This document shows positions 1 to 13,895 of a DNA stretch of 64,000 nucleotides, piece by piece. Numbering within the stretch: position 1 is the stretch's first letter; each line of letters starts with the position of its first letter. Origin of the DNA: Amphiscolops sp. MND2022 (lineage: Eukaryota); contig OZ076409.1 of assembly GCA_964187785.1 (NCBI GenBank), forward strand, positions 87,360,001 to 87,424,000, given 5' to 3'. The translations under genes and the position numbers were made by a program. The notes under the pieces were generated by a model that was not told the DNA's origin, ran no database searches, and saw only the letters and a program-made list of their open reading frames with translations.

Positions 1-667
1 TTTGTCAGATAGTGTGTGAGGGGACGAATAACCAATACGGCAGCCTGAAAAAGATTTTGTTTATTGTAGTTCTGAAATTCACTAGAAAAACAAATTCCGG
101 TTGTTGAATCCTGGTAGACCACAGTAAATTACGGATAAGGAAAACCGTGCAACTAGAAACGTAATTTTCCATGAAAGACGTAATATAGCGTGAAATCGAC
201 CACTCAAAAACATGCTTTGTCGGCCTGTTCATTTGCATCACAAGAGTCGTGAAAGATTTGTCAAGTATTACTTGATCACAGATGAGATACATACTGGGTA
301 GAAAATTTATTCGAAAAATCTGTTTTCAAGATCTGTTTCCAAGAACTAAAAATGTTTTCAGAGTCAATAAGGGAGTGAAAGTAAGTTTTCAATTCAAGAG
401 CGCTAAATTGCGAAAAAAAACAAATAGAGGGACACAATTTCAGCATGCAGTGAAATTTAGCATTAGGGTCCATGAATTGCTGCGGGGCCTGCATGGTTTT
501 TTAAGAACATGGTTCTTTTTCTAGTGTCTTACTAGAGCCAACAAAACTTTGCCAAACAGAACTTGCAAAAACATGGGATTTTGTGGCTATAGTTAGCCCC
601 TATTCCATAAATCGTCGACTAAAAACAACAGATGGAGAATCTTCGAACTGAAGGCAAATTTACTGAC

Positions 668-992
668 CACTCAAGAGACAGATAATTTCACAAGTGAGCT
701 CCAAAACGTGTGCCAATGGCAAGTATCCAATGTAGGTGTCTTCTGTCCCTATGCCCATGATGTACTCCGGCAGAGTGTCGAAAGCTGCCAACAAGTTGCT
801 GTGTGACAGCATAACGCCCTTGGGCAAGCCAGTGCTACCACTTGTGTACATGATCACAGCTAAATCGTCTTCTGTGGGCACTTTCTCCGGCTCTCTGATG
901 TTTTCCGCCTCATCGCGGCCCAACTGCAACGTCTCTTCATAATCGAGAACTTGAATGTTTTCAGGGAACTCAGACTTCGTTACTTTGTTGAT
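668..992 (-). CDS. ACSL3/4-like: ACSL3/4-like, coding exon 4 (AMP-binding motif); gene continues beyond the left edge of the window
   Basis: TTTCAG acceptor, G|GTCAGT donor; [16 protein letters not shown] adenylate-forming P-loop and [10 protein letters not shown] motif. Confidence 0.95.
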
Positions 993-1647
993 CTGAAATA
1001 ATCAGCCTTTTATTATTCACGATATCAGAACTGCTCAAATTATGCATTTTAAATTCAACATAGTGTTTGAAATCACCCTATGCTGCACCAACAACCAAAA
1101 ATTGCGAAAAAATTACGCACATTGACCCAAGTTATCGGAAAATTTTGTCACGATAAGTTTAGACCTATTTGCCCTTATCACAGCGTGGGACTTGAAAAAA
1201 CAGCGAAAGTTTTCCAAAAGTTAATTGTTAAAAAGACAGCAAACTGAAAAAATTAGTGAAAATCATCTCTCTACCTGCTTTGCACAAAATGAATTGAGAT
1301 GACTCATCTCAGTATTTCAAAAACTTACTAGAAAAAACCTTCTAACCATGTCTTAACATTCCAAATAGTAGATATGAGGCCAGAGCGGCATGTGCGGTAA
1401 AGAAGTTGGATTAGGACTTTTTCCTTGACTCGCTCAAATCCCTGTCATACGATTTTGATGAAATTGCACATATTAAGCCCTTGTATGCTGTAGAAAGGCT
1501 CCATAAAAGTTATTTCAAAGCGTAAAGAGTTGAGAAAATCGAAAAAGTCCAAAATTGGGCATCTTTGGGCGTAGAATGACTCCAAAATCGCACGGACAGT
1601 TTGAGAAATTTGAAATTTTCATTGAAAGGTATGAAAGTATGACTCAC

Positions 1648-1871
1648 TTGATTGGGGAACCAAACGATAGAAGCGACATTGTGACAGGAGGAGACTCTGT
1701 CGATGCGCTTGATCTTGCAGAGTCCGTCGGCACTGGCCACCAGCAGACTGGCCTCGGACTCCACGATGCCATGCAGCACGGCCTCCTCACTCAGCGTGGA
1801 GTAGAGCGTCACCACTGTCAGGTTGTACTTGGCACAGCCCAGAAACGCCACTATCCACTCGTACCGCGTTT
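1648..1871 (-). CDS. ACSL3/4-like: ACSL3/4-like, coding exon 3
   Basis: TTTAG acceptor, CAA|GTGAGT donor; ETRYEWIVAFLGCAKYNLTVVTLYSTLSEEAVLHGIVESE, in frame with both flanking exons. Confidence 0.92.
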
Positions 1872-2389
1872 CTAAACATGATGAACACGTGGCAATACAT
1901 CTCGAGTCCTACAATATCCATCATATCTTCAAATCCGATTGTCGCTAACCACCTCAAGTCGTTTCAGATGGTCGGCAGAGTAAAAAAACATGTTGACATA
2001 GTCCAATTTTAATCAGCGTAGAAAATCAATTTAAATAGCAACGTTTCGTAAATCTGAAAATTGTGTAATTTGGCAGCACCGTTTATCAAACTAAACTTGG
2101 GGTACGTGATTTTTCACGACACTCGTAAAGTTTTGACGTTTCAAGATGCGATATTTCAACGCTGTTTGTAAATCCAACGAACACTTCAGATTCATTTTAA
2201 ACCTACAAGTTCTCGCTTATAATCTTGACAAAATAGACTGACTCGTTTGACACGTACAAAGATGCAATCCTCATGACACCGAAATTTTGTCTACCAAAAT
2301 TGTATATTTGGAAAACTTTTCAGTATTCGTTTATCGTGGCTGTAATATATTTGAATCAAGCCATCTCCGAGATTTCTCTCTCAAAGAAT

Positions 2390-2602
2390 TAGGGATGTAC
2401 CGGAATGCGTTTTTGAGTTCCGGCCGGAACCGGACCGGAACCGGAACTCGATTTCCAGTTCCGGCCGGAACCGGACCGGAACTTTGATTGTGCTATCCTA
2501 CATTTACGTTCTCTGAAAAAAGTTGCGAAGAAATTTCTGACATCACCTCTGTCGGAACCGGAACTTTTTTTGAAATCCGGCCGGAATTCCGGTACATCCC
2601 TA
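2390..2602. mobile_element. hAT-type MITE in ACSL intron
   Basis: 17-bp TIR TAGGGATGTACCGGAAT/ATTCCGGTACATCCCTA, perfect 8-bp TSD CAAAGAAT, internal CCGGAA repeats. Confidence 0.9.
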
Positions 2603-2736
2603 CAAAGAATAATCTGTAACGCAGGAAAATATCACTTTTTCTTATTGATAATTAAACTTTCCTTAATATAAACAAAATTTTCCCAACAATGGGATAACTT
2701 CTTTAGTACAAACCAACAATGAATTCCACAACAAAC

Positions 2737-2963
2737 CGGAGAAGAGGACGATGTTGGTATTGTTGGTGCCCTTTTCCTGATTGTTCCTTTTGACCAGCTG
2801 GTACAACGCACGTCCAAAATTGTCGGCAGCTTCGTCTACTTCGGCATAAGAAATCCATTTGTAGCCGTTCATCACATACTTGAGGAACACCTTTCCATTT
2901 GGCTGCTTCTCGTCCTCTTCTGACAAAATCACTCGATACCCCACACAATCTCGGAATTTGAAC
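2737..2963 (-). CDS. ACSL3/4-like: ACSL3/4-like, coding exon 2
   Basis: TTTGCAG acceptor, G|GTTTGT donor; RDCVGYRVILSEEDEKQPNGKVFLKYVMNGYKWISY matches the ACSL3/4 'E.EKQPNGKVF.K...G.Y.W..Y' segment. Confidence 0.92.
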
Positions 2964-5299
2964 CTGCAAAACAGAATCAATCAGAAGAAATATTCCCTGA
3001 TATAGACCGATTCTTCGAACTTCACTTAACATGTCTAAACTTTGTTAGAGGATCTTGATGCGAAACGAAATTCTCCCGAAGGTATCAGGTTAAATCCTCC
3101 TAAATTAAGGAATCAAATAACTACGTTCACATACCGATAGTGTTCTAAATGCAGGAGCGAAGCGGAGCGACGTGCCACTACAGGTCCAGCGACTGGTTTT
3201 GACGAAGGCCGACATGGAGGAAGCGAGGCACCCCAGGAGGAAGGCTGAGTCATACAACCACTGTTGACTTAATTTTATTTAGATTTTAAGATACAAGATT
3301 TTGATTTAGATTTTAACTCGAATGTTTGACATGTAACCCTCATGAAAACATGTAGAGGTTTCTTTGAGCAAGTCATGCCATTACAAAGCATTTGTGAAAG
3401 AATTGAGCAAACAACTTCAAGGGAAGTTTCTACGACTTCGAAATTCCATCTAGGATCACACGAAATCACGACTTGAGATCAAAATCGCCTGAATTCTCGT
3501 TTCGCATAACTTACCGCATCAATAGGTAATTATAAAATGCTAGTTATACGTGTATCAAAATTTCTTAAAATGAAAGTTCTCTGGTGATAACCAAGAATTT
3601 GACTAAGAGCATACCGAAAACATTCATGACTTTCGGATTTAATCGCACTTCTAAAATCATTAATTGCGGAAAATTGTCGAGAAAAGCTATCCTAAAAATT
3701 CGAGAACATGAAAACGCCATGGATGTCATTGGCGATGCGGATAACGAAATACCAGTGATATAATAATAGTATTCAGTTTCTAACAAAACTTAACAGCTTA
3801 ACAAAACTCTTTATGACATGAACAAACGTACCGAAGTGCATCGATATTCCAACAATTTGAATTATGGAAACGCATAATTCAAAAACGATATCTATACTTA
3901 GGAAAAATCCGCGTCCAACAGGAATGTAATACTCTGGGAGGCATGAAACGTTTGAACACAGCATGAAACATTAATTCCATCCGTAAATGAAAACCGTCAA
4001 CGGAAAATGGCTGGAGTGGAAGCCAGTCTTACAAGGAAAAACAAGCTCACAAACTGGAATTTAAAAAGCCACAAAATTCGAGCAATAAATAGCATCAACA
4101 GCTTTTAACATTTATTGGATTCATAACAATCTATAAAGATATTTTCCCCATTTGGTTCACACGATGATGGAATTGTCGAACAAACTCGTTGGGTTATGTT
4201 ACAAAACGTAGAACGGAAGAACTTTTTATTGAGGACGAAAAGCGTGTTTCAAAGATATTCTTAACACATCACGCAACAAACTATAATTTAAAGGACTCCC
4301 CTGTTAACTGAAATAGGGGTCCATAGTGCTGACCTCAAAAACAGTGGATCCCCTCTAAAACTGACTCCGCTTTTTTATGAACATGGCAATGACCCAAATG
4401 TTTACATTTTGAAACAATGTCAAAAGCTCGGCTAAAATCAGCAAGAACTTTGCATCAGCATTCCAACACATGATAAACCTAAATTTAATGTCATGACATT
4501 TTTCCAATCTATTTTAATCTACCTCCATAATGTCAAGTTGTCAAACACATTGCAGCATTTACAAGTAAAAAGAATCGCGGTGTGCGGATACACACACAAG
4601 AAAAACGGAGTGCTATCTGCTGCAAAATATCAAAATATTTCATCCGACTAAAGCTGAAGATTAATGATGAACCGGACAAAGAACTATCGCTTCATAGTTT
4701 ATGGACAAAAAACATCCTGAGGAACGATCGCAATTTGAAGAATTTTACAATCAAGTTGTACATTAGACACCAATGTTCACTTTGACTTAAAACAGAATTA
4801 TTTGTCGAGACAATGGATTTTGTTTGCTGGCGCCGCTGGCAGAAAATAGCAATGAGATCAGGTTTCCATTCTGCCATGCTGTTGCCACCCAATTCTGGCA
4901 AGAACTTCCATACCAGATTACACAGCGACAAGATTTAGAATTTGGCTAAACTGAAGAATTGTTCAAGGCAGTAAAGACAAATGCAGAAAATAAGGAAATC
5001 AAAGTTCAACAACAGAACGAGACATTATGATGCATATATTCGGCAGCAAGATCATGTGAACTATCAGTGATTTGAATGGGCCAAATACTATCACTGACAG
5101 AAAAAAAATGAAAAGTAGGAACCAGATATTTTGAACGAGACGCTAGAACTCGAGAAGACAACAATGTAAATAAAATCCAGCAATTATTCCGCAAACTCGT
5201 CCGGCAACTTTTGAAAAAAGTCAAGGAGCAGCCATATGCAGAGCTGGAATGGACACACACGCTCCGGCGCAGACCCAAGTAAGTGGCGGCGATGGTTTT

Positions 5300-6100
5300 G
5301 CTATCTCAAACAGTCATCGACTTTGCTCTGCCGAACGGAAGCACCTTTGGGGTGAGGGTCGCCATTGAACAAGAACACAGGCGTGCGACCAATTGGGGCT
5401 GCAGAACCTCTGAAACTTATCTTAGGTAGAAGTATACTGCGATGTAAACAGAACCACTTGAAGCTGCTAGTTAAAAATTTAGAGGGATTTCAGAGGACAA
5501 TAACTGATCGAGAAAATGCAAGCAAAGCAACACCGATGGCGAAAGCAACCAGATAAAAAGACGCTGCAGAAAAAGGAGAAATGGGAAAAAACTCGCTGAC
5601 GATTAACGAAAGACGCTAGATCTAGCGATCGAAAAAGGTGCGTCGAGATGCTTCACTGCAATAAGGAAGGCTATACTCAGAGATGACGTAATGAATTCTG
5701 GGTTATGCCCGCCGCTGGTATGAAGGTAGTTTGCTTTGATGTTGCAATTGAGTCTAATCTTTAGCCACTGGAAAGTGAGTCCAACGTTCGCAGTACCACC
5801 AGATACTAAAGCCAACAGGACCGAGGATTTTAGTTCCAGTGAAAGTTTTTGCGATGTCAAGGTGTAATCCGCTCGCGAAAACCTGTCAATAAGATATCAA
5901 AGAAAAGTATGAAACCTACGAAACTCAAAAACCGGGTGGAGAATCATTGGTATAAAGAAAAGCAAATTGAACCCTCTTTTACATCAAGGCGCTGGACCGG
6001 CAGCCACAAAATCAATTACCAAACCCACAGCGAAATTTATGAAAAAGACTCCAAAAGTTACTCGGGTTCAATAAGCTACTTAAGGGCTTAGTAAGCTTTG
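5300..6100 (+). mobile_element. Highly degenerate RLE-type (CRE/HERO-like) non-LTR retrotransposon relic; second copy ~11312-12112
   Basis: GVRPIGAAEPLKLILGRSI resembles the RT motif GVRPIG.GE.LRR..GK; LDLAIEKGASR resembles EKGAS.WL; many frameshifts. Confidence 0.55.
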
Positions 6101-7611
6101 CTTTTCTCCAGAGTCAGCAGATGGACACGCCACAAGCCAACTTTTATAGTCATCCATTAGTGTCATTGTTCACTAAGGACGGCCGCCCAAAGCAGAAATT
6201 TTTTGTGCTTGTTATTTCGGCTTAGTGGTTAAAAAATTGGATTTTCAAAAGCCCAAAATCCCCCCTTTACAATTTTCGGCATTGTGGGATTTTTCAAAAT
6301 ATTTTTTTTGGCTCAAAATAAGGTTTTCCCAGTACACTATCTGAATTTTTTCTTCAAAGACCGGCGTTTTTCTATGCGACTGTTTTCCATTTTGTTTTTA
6401 TCGAAACCCCCTCTCAATTTTTACTAGGAACAAAACGTTTTGAGAGCATAGAGGACTCCTTAGGGTTTCCGGCACTATGCGACTGACCGAAGACTTCATT
6501 AAAAATTTCTTGAAAAATCCGGAAAATTATTCCCCTGAACTTTTGGTTTTTTGAGAGGTTTTGTTGTCTCCAGTTAGGGAAAAAGAGATTTTCGAATCTT
6601 ATGCGTATTTCTTAAAGGTAATGGTTCTTAACTAAAAAGGTAATGGTCTTACGGACTAGAGAAAATATAACTACTAAGTGTAGACGAAGTTTCGCATTCG
6701 AAGCTCTCGGGGAACGAATAATTAACACTCGTTCGCTTCATCTTAATAACTGGGCGTACGAAAGCATAATTACAAACATTCGCTCGCTTCATCGCAATGA
6801 ATTCGGCGCACGAATGTATAGTTACCACTCGCTCTTTTCATCGCACGAGAAACGAATTTTAGTCAGCAGCTTGAGAAATTTAAATCTCACATATATTCAC
6901 TGCCGAACAAATTACCTGAATTTTTAGTAGGTACTCGGATCACGAACAGATATCGGCTAAAAAAAGTAGCATCTTTCAGACTTTTATATTATTCCTGCTA
7001 TAGGAGAAATGATAAAATTGTGATACGATGACCCGGTTTATTTTATTATTTCCTTGCCGGGAGGATCAGCAGCTCACAGCGGATCGACATCAATAAACTG
7101 TATACCCTCCTGTAATTTGAGCACTTAAAACATTCTGAATTCAATCTATGATTTGAATGCGCATGGTTTTTTATAAGTTACAGGAGAGAAAGTTTCGTAG
7201 TTGGAATCATTGATCTTCAGTAGCTTTTATCAAATAGATCATTTGAAAAATTTCTGAATTAGGTCTCTGATGAAGACGATGATTATGAAATTATATATCA
7301 ACTATAATGGACAAGGAGTTTTAGTAAACGAACTGAAGTACATAAATCTGAAGGCGAGTAAAATCTAAAACTCTAAGCGAGTCAAATGCAGTTCCTATCC
7401 AAGTAGCTAGTACCTGGCGTGATTTCCGATTCAAATAAACCTGTCTTTTTCTTTCTCAAAATTATTATTGGTGAAATTCGAGAAAACTACTTATGCCTGC
7501 ATAAGTCATTTACACTTATTGTATGGTAAGCTGTCAGCTATCCCCTTACAATAACATAGTGTTGTCTCTCTCTCTCTCAATGAAATTTCTTTTTCTTTCT
7601 TTCGTACTAAC

Positions 7612-7883
7612 CTTTCGGCAGCTATCTTCCATTGCTCATAAACTGTTTTGGCATCTTTGTAGTACGGATTTGATGGAGTTTTAATGTTTCTGGCAATGTC
7701 AACATGATCGAACACCAACTCGTTCGGCGCGGTCTGTGGATATGAAAGGGACCTCACTTTTTTGGATCGCTGGATTTTGTGGTAGCTGATGACATAGTTC
7801 GGTATGTATGTAATAAGCGATACAACATCTCCAAGAAAAACAAAAAAATTGGTGAGAATACTCTCGAACCCTGAGACAGCCAT
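7612..7883 (-). CDS. ACSL3/4-like: Long-chain fatty acyl-CoA synthetase (ACSL3/4-like), first coding exon
   Basis: ATG at 7883 (MAVSGFESILTNFFVFLGDVVSLITYIPNY, hydrophobic N-terminal anchor); phase-2 donor GAAAG|GTTAGT joins the next exon in frame (AG+G=R, then FKFRDCVGYR); TTTCAG acceptor 6 nt upstream of the ATG. Confidence 0.85.
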
Positions 7884-8510
7884 ACCTCACTGAAAGCTCA
7901 GAATTGAAAACTAGAGGCAAAACGCCTTTGCACATGACCCAGGTAGCTAATTGCTGACTAAAAACACTACTAGACAAAAGTTGGCTGGAACGAGGCTATC
8001 GAATTTTTCCTGTCTAATTGTTTTGAACGCGTTATTTATTAGATGGCTTTGAGAAAAGTTTCCGACAACGAACTTACAAATTTTTAGCATTGTAATCGGA
8101 GTTAAGAGGAGAAATACCTTGACTGTGTTTGCGCGTAACACCTTAGAAACGAGAACCATCTCCGTCGTCATAACTCTTCAATATAGGTGTCAATATCAAT
8201 GTGATTGTTGTGATAAACTTATTGAATGACTTTTTTATTTCCACTCTCAGATGACATTCGTCATTGATTATGTGCCAATTAGGTCATCATGTTAGGGTGG
8301 TCAGATGGTACCCAACCGTGGTCTGCACCAAAGAAAAACTATAAAAAAGCGGTAGAGTTTAGTTAAAAGCTTCATTTTCATGCGTCACTCTCCAAAACAG
8401 GCCAAAAACAAAGCTGTCGCTCACTGTTACTAGAACACAGGCCACTTTAAGAAGCTCCCGGCTATATATATTCCAATGCTGACGTTGAAACGGGCCACAA
8501 GTCGTTCGCG

Positions 8511-8698
8511 GTGTCCGTACTCCTCTCTCCAGAACCGGTCCCTGCTTTGAAAACGTTGATGAAGCTGCATTGGGTTCCACCAACTTCCAAAATTGTACAA
8601 CGTCTGTTCAGTAAGGCTAAAAACATCCGAACACCCCTGCGAAACAGGATCCTTCCAGTGAATTTTGAGGAGAATCTGTACCTGGTTGTGAATAAAAA
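8511..8698 (+). mobile_element. hAT transposase C-terminal (dimerisation) domain fragment; second copy 14523-14710
   Basis: VPPTSKIVQRLFSKAKNIRTPLRNRILPVNFEENLYL matches the hAT 'P.TS...ER.FS........RNRL' signature; cut off by a MITE at 8699. Confidence 0.75.
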
Positions 8699-9879
8699 GG
8701 GGCAGGGACGTTTCGTCACCAGCCATTTGAGCGACAAAATTTTCAGCCCATTTCGGCGACAATAATGTCGCCCAAATGTCCCGTAGACTAAAGGGTCAAA
8801 TATGTTCACAGGGTGCGCGGAAGTAGGTCGAAGGAACGGGATCGAAAATAAGAGTAGGTCCTCAGGTCGGCGGTGGGCGTTTGGATCGAATGAATTTGCG
8901 CGAATATGCAATCTGTCACTGATCTCGAAGTAAAATGGTCAAAGAAAATGAGATCGAATCCATGTTTTCAAATACCTAGCGTTTTCAAATAACAATGTTT
9001 TGGCCGTCGGATATGCCCCCCATTTCCTCTAATGCCCCGCGGCCCCTTTGGGCCGCTTATGTTCCCATCTTGCTAAGCGAGGTCGAACAGGAGCAAAGAC
9101 CTAGCGGGAACGAAGATCGCGAAGCGATCGTAGTGGGAGCTGGTTTTTGCGACGGTGAGGGCGAGCGTGCATACACCGTATATGATCCCATATTAGGTGG
9201 GGAAAACTACCTAAATAATTTCAAACGCTTTTAAACACTTTACAGGAGCAAAAACCTAGCAAAACCGGAAAAATTCGATCTCAAAACCTTCGATCCATTT
9301 TCGATCTCGCTTTTCGCTCACACAAAAATTCGATCCAAAAAATACCCCACCCCTTAGGTCGACATACCAAATTTTTGAAAGGGATCGAAACAACTCCGAT
9401 CGAAGTTTTCATAACGTAGTCAGATATGTTCACATACCCCTAGTGCCCTGAATGCAGGAGCGAAGCGGAGCGGAGCGACGTGCCATATAGCCATGCCTCA
9501 ATGTTGCTACTTGGCGAAGGGAGCGAAGCGACCGCGCCATACAACAATTAGGATAAAATTCGACCGCATTCCATTCGATCCCTGCAATTCGATTAAAAGG
9601 TTCGAACTCTGTCCTTCCGACCAGAAAAATTCGACCTATTTACAGCCACCCATGTTCACATACCCCTTGCGCCTTAATTGCAGGAGCGAAGCGAAGCGGA
9701 GCGACGTCCATATTGCCATGCCTCAAAGTTGCTACTTGGATAAGGGAGCGAAGCGACCGAGCCATACAACAAATACGAATAAATTCGACTGCATTCCATT
9801 CGATCCCTGCAATTCGATCAAAAGGTTCGACCTCTGTCCTTTCGACCAGAAAAAATCGACCTATTTACAGCCACCCCTG
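8699..9879. mobile_element. Nested MITE cluster: left arm of the GGGGCAGGGACG family, then a CAGGG...CCCTG element with two 226-bp tandem units; second copy 14711-15891
   Basis: 8699-8810 matches 20456-20567; imperfect TIRs CAGGGTGCGCGGAAGTAGGTCGA / TCGACCTATTTACAGCCACCCCTG; units start at 9426 and 9652. Confidence 0.75.
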
Positions 9880-12800
9880 AAAATCCACATTAACAACAAC
9901 AACAAGCCTGTACAAAAGTCGTACAGTACTTTTTTGTTTTCAAAATCACTCTTGTTCCTTGTCGAGAATTCCCTCGTGTTCAGCGATAGCTCTAATTCTG
10001 GTTTCCAGTGAGCGTTCAAAGAATTTTCCAACGTAGCTGGAAATTGTGACTGGTCGGTATGATGATTGACTGGAGTAGTTTGATTTTCCGGGCTTTCTCA
10101 GAAAGATGACTTTGTTAGTTACTCACGGCCAAGTTTTCTCTTCCATACATTTGTTGAAGAGCCGCAGCAATAGTTCCCGGAAGTTGGGTCCAGATCTCTT
10201 CAGCATTTTGGAGTGGATACAATCCATGTCGATTGCTTTGTTGCTTGTAGTGAGGGTCCTGATTGCATGGTTTAACTCCTGCCATGTCAGAGAATCGTTA
10301 CACCAGTGCATTTCGCCATCTGTTTGCAACGACCATTGCTCAATTTATTTATTTATTTTATCGTAGAATTTGTCATCAATTTTTTTTGAGTGAGAAGTTT
10401 TCCGGTGAAGAAGGTCTGTCTCGAAAGATCCGCCTTTCCACTGTTTTCGAACAAATAATCGTTTTCGGCCTTCAATAGTGCAAAGCCATGATTCACTTCC
10501 GACTTGTGTACCTTGCTCTCTTTCTCCCAAAAGTTCTGGTTCTTGCACTTGTTACTTTCATCAGGCCTAGCGTTGGTCCAGCAGTTCGAATTTTCTATTT
10601 ACAAATTTTTGATTATGCCTACCTTCTCTTTGTAAATTTTCTCGTTGGTGGGCGTGCTTCTCATTCGGTAGCTCCGACGAGCTCTCCTGAGACACTCACT
10701 GGCATCAGTTAGTTCCTTGCACCAGAATGGTTTGGAGTGTATGCATCTCCGTTTTGTCCTCATGGCACCACTTTGCACGTCCTTTAAAACTCGGCTTGTT
10801 GTTTCCCATGCTTCTTTTGCATTCTGAGGTCCCATGTGAGGAAGCGCCATTTCTGCTTTATCTTCCAGGTTTGTCTTCCAGTCGTCCATGCTGTTGCCAC
10901 CCAATTCTGGCAAGAACTTCCATACCAGATTACACAGCGACAAGATTTAGAATTTGGCTAAACTGAAGAATTGTTCAAGGCAGTAAAGACAAATGCAGAA
11001 AATAAGGAAATCAAAGTTCAACAACAGAACGAGACATTATGATGCATATATTCGGCAGCAAGATCATGTGAACTATCAGTGATTTGAATGGGCCAAATAC
11101 TATCACTGACAGAAAAAAAATGAAAAGTAGGAACCAGATATTTTGAACGAGACGCTAGAACTCGAGAAGACAACAATGTAAATAAAATCCAGCAATTATT
11201 CCGCAAACTCGTCCGGCAACTTTTGAAAAAAGTCAAGGAGCAGCCATATGCAGAGCTGGAATGGACACACACGCTCCGGCGCAGACCCAAGTAAGTGGCG
11301 GCGATGGTTTTGCTATCTCAAACAGTCATCGACTTTGCTCTGCCGAACGGAAGCACCTTTGGGGTGAGGGTCGCCATTGAACAAGAACACAGGCGTGCGA
11401 CCAATTGGGGCTGCAGAACCTCTGAAACTTATCTTAGGTAGAAGTATACTGCGATGTAAACAGAACCACTTGAAGCTGCTAGTTAAAAATTTAGAGGGAT
11501 TTCAGAGGACAATAACTGATCGAGAAAATGCAAGCAAAGCAACACCGATGGCGAAAGCAACCAGATAAAAAGACGCTGCAGAAAAAGGAGAAATGGGAAA
11601 AAACTCGCTGACGATTAACGAAAGACGCTAGATCTAGCGATCGAAAAAGGTGCGTCGAGATGCTTCACTGCAATAAGGAAGGCTATACTCAGAGATGACG
11701 TAATGAATTCTGGGTTATGCCCGCCGCTGGTATGAAGGTAGTTTGCTTTGATGTTGCAATTGAGTCTAATCTTTAGCCACTGGAAAGTGAGTCCAACGTT
11801 CGCAGTACCACCAGATACTAAAGCCAACAGGACCGAGGATTTTAGTTCCAGTGAAAGTTTTTGCGATGTCAAGGTGTAATCCGCTCGCGAAAACCTGTCA
11901 ATAAGATATCAAAGAAAAGTATGAAACCTACGAAACTCAAAAACCGGGTGGAGAATCATTGGTATAAAGAAAAGCAAATTGAACCCTCTTTTACATCAAG
12001 GCGCTGGACCGGCAGCCACAAAATCAATTACCAAACCCACAGCGAAATTTATGAAAAAGACTCCAAAAGTTACTCGGGTTCAATAAGCTACTTAAGGGCT
12101 TAGTAAGCTTTGCTTTTCTCCAGAGTCAGCAGATGGACACGCCACAAGCCAACTTTTATAGTCATCCATTAGTGTCATTGTTCACTAAGGACGGCCGCCC
12201 AAAGCAGAAATTTTTTGTGCTTGTTATTTCGGCTTAGTGGTTAAAAAATTGGATTTTCAAAAGCCCAAAATCCCCCCTTTACAATTTTCGGCATTGTGGG
12301 ATTTTTCAAAATATTTTTTTTGGCTCAAAATAAGGTTTTCCCAGTACACTATCTGAATTTTTTCTTCAAAGACCGGCGTTTTTCTATGCGACTGTTTTCC
12401 ATTTTGTTTTTATCGAAACCCCCTCTCAATTTTTACTAGGAACAAAACGTTTTGAGAGCATAGAGGACTCCTTAGGGTTTCCGGCACTATGCGACTGACC
12501 GAAGACTTCATTAAAAATTTCTTGAAAAATCCGGAAAATTATTCCCCTGAACTTTTGGTTTTTTGAGAGGTTTTGTTGTCTCCAGTTAGGGAAAAAGAGA
12601 TTTTCGAATCTTATGCGTATTTCTTAAAGGTAATGGTTCTTAACTAAAAAGGTAATGGTCTTACGGACTAGAGAAAATATAACTACTAAGTGTAGACGAA
12701 GTTTCGCATTCGAAGCTCTCGGGGAACGAATAATTAACACTCGTTCGCTTCATCTTAATAACTGGGCGTACGAAAGCATAATTACAAACATTCGCTCGCT

Positions 12801-13623
12801 TCATCGCAATGAATTCGGCGCACGAATGTATAGTTACCACTCGCTCTTTTCATCGCACGAGAAACGAATTTTAGTCAGCAGCTTGAGAAATTTAAATCTC
12901 ACATATATTCACTGCCGAACAAATTACCTGAATTTTTAGTAGGTACTCGGATCACGAACAGATATCGGCTAAAAAAAGTAGCATCTTTCAGACTTTTATA
13001 TTATTCCTGCTATAGGAGAAATGATAAAATTGTGATACGATGACCCGGTTTATTTTATTATTTCCTTGCCGGGAGGATCAGCAGCTCACAGCGGATCGAC
13101 ATCAATAAACTGTATACCCTCCTGTAATTTGAGCACTTAAAACATTCTGAATTCAATCTATGATTTGAATGCGCATGGTTTTTTATAAGTTACAGGAGAG
13201 AAAGTTTCGTAGTTGGAATCATTGATCTTCAGTAGCTTTTATCAAATAGATCATTTGAAAAATTTCTGAATTAGGTCTCTGATGAAGACGATGATTATGA
13301 AATTATATATCAACTATAATGGACAAGGAGTTTTAGTAAACGAACTGAAGTACATAAATCTGAAGGCGAGTAAAATCTAAAACTCTAAGCGAGTCAAATG
13401 CAGTTCCTATCCAAGTAGCTAGTACCTGGCGTGATTTCCGATTCAAATAAACCTGTCTTTTTCTTTCTCAAAATTATTATTGGTGAAATTCGAGAAAACT
13501 ACTTATGCCTGCATAAGTCATTTACACTTATTGTATGGTAAGCTGTCAGCTATCCCCTTACAATAACATAGTGTTGTCTCTCTCTCTCTCAATGAAATTT
13601 CTTTTTCTTTCTTTCGTACTAAC

Positions 13624-13895
13624 CTTTCGGCAGCTATCTTCCATTGCTCATAAACTGTTTTGGCATCTTTGTAGTACGGATTTGATGGAGTTTTAATGTT
13701 TCTGGCAATGTCAACATGATCGAACACCAACTCGTTCGGCGCGGTCTGTGGATATGAAAGGGACCTCACTTTTTTGGATCGCTGGATTTTGTGGTAGCTG
13801 ATGACATAGTTCGGTATGTATGTAATAAGCGATACAACATCTCCAAGAAACACAAAAAAATTGGTGAGAATACTCTCGAACCCTGAGACAGCCAT
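13624..13895 (-). CDS. ACSL3/4-like: Duplicated copy of the ACSL3/4-like first coding exon
   Basis: Same translation as 7612-7883 at offset +6012; one synonymous change seen (GTT/GTG Val); acceptor and donor intact. Confidence 0.75.

Noticed and set aside
3280..4870. Possible further LINE relic in ACSL intron 1
   Set aside because: Composition is suggestive, but I could not read diagnostic motifs with confidence.
9493..10011. 172-aa ORF with internal repeat (also 15505-16023)
   Set aside because: Translation of two 226-bp MITE units running into antisense LINE sequence.
10599..10943. 114-aa chimeric ORF across the duplication junction
   Set aside because: Chance in-frame join of intron sequence to a dead LINE ORF2 fragment; no evidence it is a gene.
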